Origin: Syntrophobacterales bacterium
GTDB lineage: Bacteria; Desulfobacterota; Syntrophobacteria; Syntrophobacterales; Thermodesulforhabdaceae
Reading direction: 5' to 3'
Length of the DNA stretch: 24,000 bases
Assembly (NCBI GenBank): GCA_026417655.1
Contig: JAOACS010000010.1
Coordinates: 45,745 to 69,744 of the forward strand
Shown here: positions 7,304-14,692 of the stretch, one piece after another
Layout: every line of letters begins with the position of its first letter
How positions within the stretch are numbered: the stretch's first letter is position 1
The notes under the pieces: generated by a model
What the model was told of the DNA's origin: nothing
Seen by the model: the letters and a program-made list of their open reading frames with translations, nothing else
Database searches by the model: none
Position numbers and translations under genes: made by a program

Positions 7304-9016
7304 TTACTCCAACACATATTTAGTCTTCGCAATGTAGAAAAGCCGCTTCCAAACTAACCTGTTTATTCCAACAACAATTGCAGCCATAACACAGGTGGAA
7401 ACAAAAAGAAGCCCGAAATCACCCGATGCACTCGAGTGACTAATAAGAGCACCAAGTCCCTGAGTCTTAAGAATTTCCCCACCAAAGGATACATATTCAC
7501 TTACAATTGTCGCATTCCATGCCCCTCCCGAAGCCGTAATAAGGCCTGTAACAAGATACGGAAAAATGCTGGGAAGAATGAGCACTCTCCACTTTCTCCA
7601 ACCGGTAATATTATAGGCCTTTGAGATTTCGATAAGATCCTTGGGAATGGCGTAGGCGCCAGCAATGATGTTAAATAGAAGATACCACTGGGTCCCGAGC
7701 AACATAAGGAAAATAGCACCAATGTCTAGACCTCCACCGAGTTTTATAAGAAAGAGGATAATTACAGGGAAGACGGCCGTTGCTGGAATGCTTGCAGCTA
7801 TTTGCACCATTCCCTGAAGAATATTCGCAGCTCGAGGGTTCATTCCTATATAAACACCTACGGGAAGAGTCCACAATAGGGCAATTAAGATAGCAACAGA
7901 GGTTCTAAGGAAAGAATAACAGGCCGATTTAAAAACAAGGATGAGATCTCCAAGGCTAACCGACGAAACTAAGCCCTTAACCTTTATAAGTGCCCAAAAA
8001 AATAAAAAACCTAGGGCTATGAGTTCAATAGCTCCCGTTAGTTTACCAATATATTTGAAGACGCCTCCAAGACGCGGCGATGGTATACGATAGGTCGATT
8101 TTTCAATCCATTCAACGACATCACCAAACCAATCCCCAAGCTTTCTAAGAACCACAGAACCTGTGATTAGATCAAATACAATAGATTCTCTCTCGTCTTC
8201 TGGTGGCACCGTATCCATTCTGAAACGTTGTGACCAGACTATAAGGGGTCGCCATAGCAATATGTCGAGAACTATTATGAGAAACACCATGGCTCCCAGT
8301 CCATAGAGAATACAAGAGATATTACCTTCCGATGCAGCTGTTTGGATATAGGAACCAATGCCTGGAAGTCGAAAATCTCTGTCCTCTAAAACAAACATCT
8401 CACAGGCCATGAGAAAAAACCATCCACCGGACACAGACATCATACTGTTCCAAACAAGACCTATAGCACTAAATGGAAGATCAAGCCTGATAAAACGAGA
8501 AAAACGATTAAAACCTAAAACACTTGAAGCCTCTCTGAGCTCCCTTGGAATCGTGTTTATAGAGTGATAATAGCTAAAAGTCATATTCCAGACCTGACCT
8601 GTAAAAATTAGTAGAATGCAAGCGATTTCAATACCAATTCTTTGACCTGGAAAAAGGTTTATCATAGCTAAAACCACAGCTGGAAGAAAGGATAGAACAG
8701 GAATAGATTGGAGGATATCCAAAAGAGGTATCATTATTCGTTCGTGCATTCTACTTCTTGAGGCTGTGTAACCATACCAGATTGAAAAAACTAAAGAAAG
8801 AAGGTAGGCTAAAGCCATTCTCATCAAAGACTGGGCAGCATAGGATGGGATATTCCGTGGATCTAGATCGATCTGAAGGGCTCTCTCTACAGGATAGCTC
8901 CACTCAGAGGCCACATAAATCACAAACTCAAGTAACCCGCATAAAAAAATAAAAACCACTACATCTACAAACCTAATTCTAAAGGTCTCAAGCGGTATAG
9001 AAACAGGAATTTTCAA
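7304..9016 (-). CDS. ABC transporter permease with duplicated (fused) NitT/TauT-type transmembrane domains
   Basis: The 570-aa protein has two tandem BPD-type permease halves. The first spans roughly aa 55-275 and the second roughly aa 340-560. The second half contains the EAA-like loop PKDLIEISKAYNITGWRKWRVLILPSIFPYL, and the first contains PRELREASSVLGFNRFSRFIRLDLPFS. It has a TTG start at 9016 with GGGGAGG 8 nt upstream. Confidence 0.9.
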   Translation of the reverse strand: MKIPVSIPLETFRIRFVDVVVFIFLCGLLEFVIYVASEWSYPVERALQIDLDPRNIPSYAAQSLMRMALAYLLSLVFSIWYGYTASRSRMHERIMIPLLDILQSIPVLSFLPAVVLAMINLFPGQRIGIEIACILLIFTGQVWNMTFSYYHSINTIPRELREASSVLGFNRFSRFIRLDLPFSAIGLVWNSMMSVSGGWFFLMACEMFVLEDRDFRLPGIGSYIQTAASEGNISCILYGLGAMVFLIIVLDILLWRPLIVWSQRFRMDTVPPEDERESIVFDLITGSVVLRKLGDWFGDVVEWIEKSTYRIPSPRLGGVFKYIGKLTGAIELIALGFLFFWALIKVKGLVSSVSLGDLILVFKSACYSFLRTSVAILIALLWTLPVGVYIGMNPRAANILQGMVQIAASIPATAVFPVIILFLIKLGGGLDIGAIFLMLLGTQWYLLFNIIAGAYAIPKDLIEISKAYNITGWRKWRVLILPSIFPYLVTGLITASGGAWNATIVSEYVSFGGEILKTQGLGALISHSSASGDFGLLFVSTCVMAAIVVGINRLVWKRLFYIAKTKYVLE

Positions 9017-9122
9017 TTTCCCTACCTCCCCTAGTGCTCCCGAGTATTGGACGCTAGCTAGAAATTGGCTATGAGGTAAAACGCCTTATCACCCGGTAAA
9101 TTTAAAACCAAATTTTTTCAAG

Positions 9123-9449
9123 CTAATGTCTCGCTCCGGAAAGATTTAATCCCACCACGCCAATAATAATGAGTATTATGCTAACAATCTTTACAATGGT
9201 TATCGTCTCACGGAAAAAAAAGATGCCTATAAGGGTTATGATAGCCGTCCCAAGGCCAGACCATACGGCATAGGCGACACTTACCTCTATTTCCTTTAAT
9301 GCGAAGGTAAGTGCCATAAAAGAAGCGGCATAAAATAAAAACAAAAGTATAGATGGGATAAGCCTTGAGAAACCTTCAGAAAGCTTCATGGAAGTGGTGC
9401 CAGCTACTTCAAGAAGTATTGCCATAATGAGACAGATCCACGCCTTCAC
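9123..9449 (-). CDS. SMR family multidrug efflux transporter (EmrE/Qac subtype)
   Basis: ILLEVAGTTSMKLSEGFSRLIPS ... VAYAVWSGLGTAIITLIG closely parallels E. coli EmrE (AEVIGTTLMKFSEGFTRLWPS ... IAYAIWSGVGIVLISLL), including the essential Glu in TM1. I prefer the GTG at 9449 (MKAWICL...), with GGGGAGG 5 nt upstream, over the track's start at 9455. Confidence 0.9.
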   Translation of the reverse strand: MKAWICLIMAILLEVAGTTSMKLSEGFSRLIPSILLFLFYAASFMALTFALKEIEVSVAYAVWSGLGTAIITLIGIFFFRETITIVKIVSIILIIIGVVGLNLSGARH

Positions 9450-9480
9450 ATTCACCTCCCCTAGTCCGGTTGAGCAGCAA

Positions 9481-9489
9481 ATTCTACCA
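9481..9489 (-). promoter_or_regulatory. Possible extended -10 promoter element for the SMR gene
   Basis: The minus strand has TGGTAGAAT (TGnTAnAAT) about 32 nt upstream of the SMR start codon. There is no good -35 at the canonical spacing. Confidence 0.3.
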
Positions 9490-9764
9490 CTATATCAAGT
9501 TTTATCCTAGTAACACTTTTGTCAACACGGAATGAAGTAACAGCTTGACTCTGACAAAGGTAACCTAATTCGATAGCCCCGACTTAGTTGATTAAAAGCT
9601 TCCTTTATTTAATAATCCCTCTTTAAGACATTGTAAATCTTTCCCTTCTTAAGATCGTTCACTTTAAGAGGTATTTCTTAACATGGTTGTCCTTTACTCG
9701 TGAAACCATCAACTGAGGAGGCTCGACACTATAATACCTCCTTGAGGTGTTTATAAAACATAGC

Positions 9765-10916
9765 CTAAGCATTATGAAACTTCTCCCTGAACACCCTGAG
9801 GGCTCTCGCTACAGCATCATCCATATCGTAGTACCTATATTCGGCGAGCCTTCCCAAAGGGATTATTAAGGGAAAGGACCGAAGGAGTGATTCATAGGCT
9901 TCATAGGATCTTCGCGCCTCGGTTGTAAAAATAGGATAGCAGGGAACATCTTTGAGTATCTCATAATCCTTAGGGTATTCCTTTAATATCACAGTTCGTT
10001 TGGATTCCACAGTATGGATGTGTTTAAACTCCGTAATACGGGTAAAATTATAATCGTTTGGATAATTTACCGTTGCCACCTCCTGAAACCACGGTATTTC
10101 TAGCTCTTCAAAGTCGAATTTAAGCGATCTATAAGGAAGGGGTCCAAAACAGTAATCAAATAATTCATCGATTGGGCCAGTGTAAATAAGGGTTCCATGA
10201 AATTCTCTATCAAACACATAGACTTTACCATTTTGAAGCCGCCCTATTTCCCGAAAATCCGTATTAAGCAGGAGTTTTATCTTTGGATGATCAAGCATTC
10301 GCCTGATAAGCTCCGTATAGCCATATCTTGGAACACACTGATAACGATCATGAAAATAGCGGTCATCCTTTCCTATCACAATAGGAACCCGAGCGATTAC
10401 CGAAGGATCTATCTCCTCAGGTCGCTTACCCCATTGTTTAATGGTATAGCCAAGGAATACCTTTTCATAAACATACCGAGCAACAAATCGAACTTCCTCA
10501 TTTTGGTGGTTTAACAAATCGAGAACAGGCACTCTTATACCAATTTCGTAGTGATTTAACAAAATCTCCTGAACTCGCTTACTCAGGGCTTCTGGAAAAA
10601 GAATATCCATGGAGGTGAAATTAAAGGGGACAGGAACCTTTCTTCCATCAATAAGTGCCAGCACTCGATGCTGGTAAATATCCCATTCGGTAAATTGGGA
10701 AAGATATGAAAAAACCTCTTCGTCATCGGTATGAAATAGATGAGGACCGTAGCGATGAAGGATAATGCCATGACGATTTCTTTCATCATAGCAGTTTCCC
10801 CCGATGTGACCTCGCTTTTCTATAACAAGCACGGCTTCACCTAAGACCCGAGCAATGCGCTCAGAGATAACACTTCCAGAAAGCCCTGCCCCAACGACAA
10901 TGTATTTAAAGAACAT
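9765..10916 (-). CDS. glf: UDP-galactopyranose mutase
   Basis: YIVVGAGLSGSVISERIA......VLVIEKRGHIGGNCYDE....GILHRYGPHLFHT...V..Y...F.....Y.HRV, and the rest of the protein, are characteristic of Glf. I prefer the ATG at 10916 with AAGGAG 8 nt upstream. The track's start at 10934 is a TTG. Confidence 0.92.
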   Translation of the reverse strand: MFFKYIVVGAGLSGSVISERIARVLGEAVLVIEKRGHIGGNCYDERNRHGIILHRYGPHLFHTDDEEVFSYLSQFTEWDIYQHRVLALIDGRKVPVPFNFTSMDILFPEALSKRVQEILLNHYEIGIRVPVLDLLNHQNEEVRFVARYVYEKVFLGYTIKQWGKRPEEIDPSVIARVPIVIGKDDRYFHDRYQCVPRYGYTELIRRMLDHPKIKLLLNTDFREIGRLQNGKVYVFDREFHGTLIYTGPIDELFDYCFGPLPYRSLKFDFEELEIPWFQEVATVNYPNDYNFTRITEFKHIHTVESKRTVILKEYPKDYEILKDVPCYPIFTTEARRSYEAYESLLRSFPLIIPLGRLAEYRYYDMDDAVARALRVFREKFHNA

Positions 10917-11083
10917 TAATGGAACTCCTTGCAATGTGCTGGTTTAAGGGTTAAGGTATTTTTTAACTTATCAATTAGTGGACTTTTATACAACATTATC
11001 TTAAACTACCTATGGATCTAATCAAACAAAAGGGTTTATTTGGCCTGTAGAGATAACACTTACTATTTGGAAGGAATCACCCC

Positions 11084-11507
11084 ATGAGCCCCATTAAAAT
11101 CTGTGCTGTGGTAGTAACTTACAATACTGGAGATATGGATAAAAAGCATTCTTTAGGGGAAAAAGGAATACTTTGTCTGGGGAGATGATGTAGAGTATGC
11201 TAAAAGAATATGGGAAGCTGGTTTCTCTATATTTTACTTGAGAGAGAGTATTATCTACAATCCAGTTCAAGCTAAGCGGAAGGTAAACTTTCTCTGGAAG
11301 AAAAACATCATTATTATTGATTCCTCAAATTGGAAACAATACTATGATCTTCTTAATCATGTTCATATGCCTTCCAGAAGGGGACACTTTCTTAATATGA
11401 TTAATCAAATTTTTTGTTTGGAAGACCCGTGGGGCTTGAAGGGACTCACTTCTTATACTGAGGAACTTTTGGATGGGCTGATAGGAAGCTTGGGAAAACG
11501 TTACTAA
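11084..11507 (+). pseudogene. GT2-family (rhamnosyl/galactofuranosyl-transferase-like) glycosyltransferase remnant with internal deletion and frame change
   Basis: The ATG at 11084 has an RBS-like GGAAGGA upstream and encodes MSPIKICAVVVTYNTGD..., a diagnostic GT2 N-terminus. That frame stops after 34 codons, at 11188. A different frame, open from 11118, continues as EYFVWGDDVEYAKRIWEAGFSIFYLRESIIYNPV......WKQYYDLLNHVHM. This is the typical C-terminal part of such GT2 enzymes (EDvdl..R....G.ki.y.p.a.v.H.....YY..RN). The central catalytic core, about 150 aa including the DxD motif, is missing. Confidence 0.6.
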
Positions 11508-11515
11508 GAGGAAAA

Positions 11516-12888
11516 ATGATTATGAAAATTCTTCATGTGGGCTGGTGGACGATCGAGTATAGAAGGGCTGGGGGCTCCATTATCCACGTGGAAACGATCA
11601 TGGAAGAACTGGCAAAGCGAGCTTACCACAATATCTACTTCTGCGGTGGAAGATATAACCTCCTTTCTAAAAAAACTTATCTTAAAAGATGGCAAAAGCC
11701 TTCAACATGGGTGTATGAAGTAGTGAACTCACCAAATCTCATCTCATCCCATGAAACTGTAAACTTCCACATCGGAAATAAGATCTTAGAAGAGCTTTTT
11801 CAATCCCTTCTCGATAAAGAAAACCCTGACATTATCCACTTTCATGAACTAGAATCCCTCACGGGATCCTTACTTTCTATAGCCCGTGAAAGAAAGATTC
11901 CTTTTGTAGTAGGAGTTTGTAACTATTGGTACCTCTGTCCCCAAAGAGACTTATTCGAAAGGTCTGTAATGATTTTGAAGAGGGTAATAAGTGCGTAAGC
12001 TGTCGAATCTTGACACAGAATTCCAGACTTGTATGGATGTATGTTGGCTATGTAAGGAACACCTCAATAGGGAAAGGATTGGACCGATTTGCCAAACTCG
12101 TCTACAGGATATTAGCAAGGAGACAGAATTCTTCCGCCATACCACTAACTCTATCTTCCCATCTCTTCAAAAAAAGGAGGGAGTTTTTCATAGAAGAGCT
12201 CAACCACGCTCCCGCCATCATTTTTCCTAGCAAGCGGACACAAGAGATCTATGCCCAATATGGGGTAAAAAACAGTGCATCGTTTGTTATGACGGGGGTC
12301 AACAAAAACTACGGTCAAATTATCCCCAAACTACCTTTCCAACCGCAGGGCAGAAAGATTGTTTTCGGTTATGTGGGGAGTATATTAAAAACCAAAGGGG
12401 TTCACCTTATCCTCGATGCGGTAAAACTTCTTAAGACCTTGCAAGATTCCTTCGAGGTTTTCATTTTCGGTGGAGGGGACGAGACTTATATAGAAGAATT
12501 AAAAAAAAGGGCTCAAAGTAGTAATATCTTTTTCAAGGGTCCCTATAATCCTACCAATATTCAAAGGGTGCTTAATGCAATAGATGTTGCTATTGTGCCA
12601 TCTATTTGCGAAGATTGTGTGCCAATTGTTATTAATGAGCTAAAGCTTTCCAAAACTCCTATTATCGGAAGTAGAATTGGTGGCATTGGGGAAGCTATCC
12701 AAGATGGAATCAACGGTTTTTTATTTGAACCAGGTAATGTTAGAGAACTGGCTGGACACATGGAATCAATAATAAGAAAACCTTCAATAATTCGATCCCT
12801 TATGGAATCTACTGATTTTTCTTTTAATATGGAGGAATATATGGCTGATCTCATTAGAACATACGAAGATCTCATTAAATCCTCCTAA
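11516..12888 (+). pseudogene. GT4-family glycosyltransferase split by a frameshift
   Basis: ORF A (11516-11998) encodes a GT4 N-domain: MKILHVG..., IIHFHELESL, VCNYWYLCPQRDLFE. ORF B continues in another frame from about 11960 as VCNDFEEGNKCVSCR, then a GT4 C-domain (FGYVGSILKTKGVHLILDA...VAIVPSICEDCVPIVINELKLSKTPIIGSRIGGIGEAIQDGINGFLFEPGN). The two halves join smoothly if one nucleotide is restored near 11955-11965. Confidence 0.75.
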
Positions 12889-13005
12889 ACTAATGGCTTA
12901 TGTTGATTCACGATTAAAGTTGATATACCCTTTTTAACTGAAAGCATTTGTGCCTTCATGTAATAGAGACAATGTCTTCACAGGTTTTTAGTTAAGGAGC
13001 CCTAG

Positions 13006-13911
13006 GTGGATATAAGGCTATGGTTTGTCAAAACCCTTTCAAAACATATACCCTTTTCAACATCTGGTGATGCGGTATTGTCTGGCGACTCTCCCCAATA
13101 TCTTGTCTCCTGTATCATCAATTTCTATGGAAGATTAAAGCTTACTGAGAATATCCTATGGTGCCTCAGCGAACAAACACTTTCCAAAGACTACTTTGAA
13201 GTAATACTTGTTGAAGATCGCGGGGGAACACCGGAAGGCAAAAAACTTGCAGAAAGCTTTGCTAAAATGCTTACCATCCAATATTTAGGTCTTCCAGAAC
13301 AATTTGGAGTAATAGCCTTTTCTAGAAATTACGGATTAAAACATGCAGGTGGGAAATTCATTTTATTTCTTGATGACGATACCGTAATACTCCAAAGGGA
13401 TTTTCTCGAAGTGCTCGTAGATGAATTCGAGAAATCTGGATCCGACGCAATAATTCCTCGAGGTGAAGCAAGTTTTTGCCTGTATCCTTCTCGCTACGCC
13501 TATCATGATCCATATTACCCATCGAGCCGTTGCATTGCCTATCGTAGAAAGGTTTTGAAGGAGCTCGGAGGGTTCATTTCTTTCATGATAGGTCAGGAAG
13601 ACGTGGAATTTACCTTTCGGTTCATTGCGACAGGTAGGACATATCATCGATCAAGAAGGCTTTCTTATTTTCACCCTCCCTTTATTGTAGACTCCCTAGA
13701 AAAAGCAAAAGCTGTTGGCATATCCTTTGCTAAACTAAAAAACCGATACCCCCTACCCCTTTGGTTACTCCTTATAGCAAATGGGCTACGTTTTCTTCCC
13801 TTCGCCTTCATACCCCCATCACCAGAACTTAAAATGTATGGAAGATTCAGTCTCGGTTTCCTCAAGGGGGTTATGGCTTGGTTTAGGGGAGAAAGGGCTG
13901 AATATAGGTAA
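13006..13911 (+). CDS. GT2-family glycosyltransferase
   Basis: VSCIINFYGR...FEVILVEDRGGTPEG......SRNYGLKHAGGKFILFLDDDTVI is a GT-A fold with a DDD (DxD) motif. It has a GTG start at 13006 with AAGGAG 6 nt upstream. The hydrophobic C-terminal segment is LPLWLLLIANGLRFLPFAFI. Confidence 0.85.
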   Translation: MDIRLWFVKTLSKHIPFSTSGDAVLSGDSPQYLVSCIINFYGRLKLTENILWCLSEQTLSKDYFEVILVEDRGGTPEGKKLAESFAKMLTIQYLGLPEQFGVIAFSRNYGLKHAGGKFILFLDDDTVILQRDFLEVLVDEFEKSGSDAIIPRGEASFCLYPSRYAYHDPYYPSSRCIAYRRKVLKELGGFISFMIGQEDVEFTFRFIATGRTYHRSRRLSYFHPPFIVDSLEKAKAVGISFAKLKNRYPLPLWLLLIANGLRFLPFAFIPPSPELKMYGRFSLGFLKGVMAWFRGERAEYR

Positions 13912-14028
13912 CATTAAGCCTCCATTTTTGTAAGTTCTTCCAGTTTCCTATTACAGAAACTATAAACACGAAAGAAGATAAAAGGATCTCCCTTACTTTC
14001 ATCCTAATGGTAGAAAGGATATGGACAA

Positions 14029-14598
14029 GTGAAAAGGATTCTACATCCTAGGGAAAGCGTTACTGAAGAGCCAAATTTCTTGAGGCGTCCTATCGGTGAA
14101 AATGAATGGAAAGAAATCCAAAAGAGCCTTAAAAACTACGTAAACTCCTCTAGCCCTGAACATATACTCCTAATGAAAGAAGTATCTTTAAGTATAGCCA
14201 GTAACATACACGAACTCGATAAGTTTATGGATCTACTCTGTGCGAAAACCTGCTACCTTTGTTCCGACATCTGTTGCCATGCTAGGGGCGTATTTTACAA
14301 CGAGGTGGATCTTCTTTTTCTCACCGTCTATGGAGATTTTTACCCCCCTAGCCAGACTCGTTCTTCCCAAGATCAGAAATTTTGTTCCTACTGGGAAAGT
14401 ACCAAAGGTTGCCTCCTCCCAAGGGTGTCTCGCCCTTATGTGTGCACCTGGTTTATCTGCGGTGATCAAGTGGCTGTTTTAGAATCACTTTTTGATGCTA
14501 AGACTCACCGTTACTTAAATGCACTCTATAACACTATACGCCACGGTAGACTTATCCTCGCATCCTTCTGCACCGAATTTTATTCAAAAAATATTTGA
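14029..14598 (+). CDS. Cys-rich protein, YkgJ/CxxCxxCC-like putative Zn/Fe-chelating domain
   Basis: CAKTCYLCSDICC ... KFCSYWESTKGCLLPRVSRPYVCTWFICG follows the YkgJ-family pattern (C..C..CC ... C.fl...g.C.i...RP..Cr.f.C). It has a GTG start at 14029. The assignment is from the motif only. Confidence 0.55.
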   Translation: MKRILHPRESVTEEPNFLRRPIGENEWKEIQKSLKNYVNSSSPEHILLMKEVSLSIASNIHELDKFMDLLCAKTCYLCSDICCHARGVFYNEVDLLFLTVYGDFYPPSQTRSSQDQKFCSYWESTKGCLLPRVSRPYVCTWFICGDQVAVLESLFDAKTHRYLNALYNTIRHGRLILASFCTEFYSKNI

Positions 14599-14623
14599 CA
14601 AACTGAAACTTTATAGGTGTTAT
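14595..14623 (+). promoter_or_regulatory. Possible promoter for the acetoacetate-CoA ligase gene
   Basis: TTGACA (14595-14600, overlapping the upstream stop codon) is followed by a 17-nt spacer and TGTTAT (14618-14623). It lies about 70 nt upstream of the ATG at 14693. Confidence 0.3.
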
Positions 14624-14692
14624 GAATTAAAAGGGATAAATTTTGGGGGGTTGCAATTAAAGGATGAATCCTAATAGAGCTAGGAGGTAGTA

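Noticed and set aside
9017-9470. A shared 11-mer, ACTAGGGGAGG (minus strand), lies immediately upstream of both the permease start (about 9024-9034) and the SMR start (about 9457-9467).
   Set aside because: Seven of the 11 bases are the Shine-Dalgarno core. Flanking sequence shows no further similarity, so this most likely reflects a preferred strong RBS context rather than a repeat or a shared regulatory element.
9450-9500. Possible guanidine riboswitch upstream of the SMR gene. The leader contains ACCGGACUAGGGGAGGUG, reminiscent of the CCGGACGAGGUG start of the guanidine-III (ykkC-III) motif.
   Set aside because: The rest of the guanidine-III pseudoknot (a downstream CCCGG...CAGGACAAGACGG partner) is absent, and there are no ACGR-loop hairpins of the guanidine-II type. 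The protein itself matches the EmrE/Qac drug-exporter subtype (EVAGTTSMKLSEGF) rather than the Gdx/SugE guanidinium exporters that these riboswitches control. The GGGGAGG is simply the Shine-Dalgarno sequence.
11940-11998. Programmed ribosomal frameshift in the GT4 gene.
   Set aside because: There is no X_XXY_YYZ slippery heptamer at the frame junction and no obvious downstream stimulatory hairpin or pseudoknot. Glycosyltransferases are not known to use recoding.
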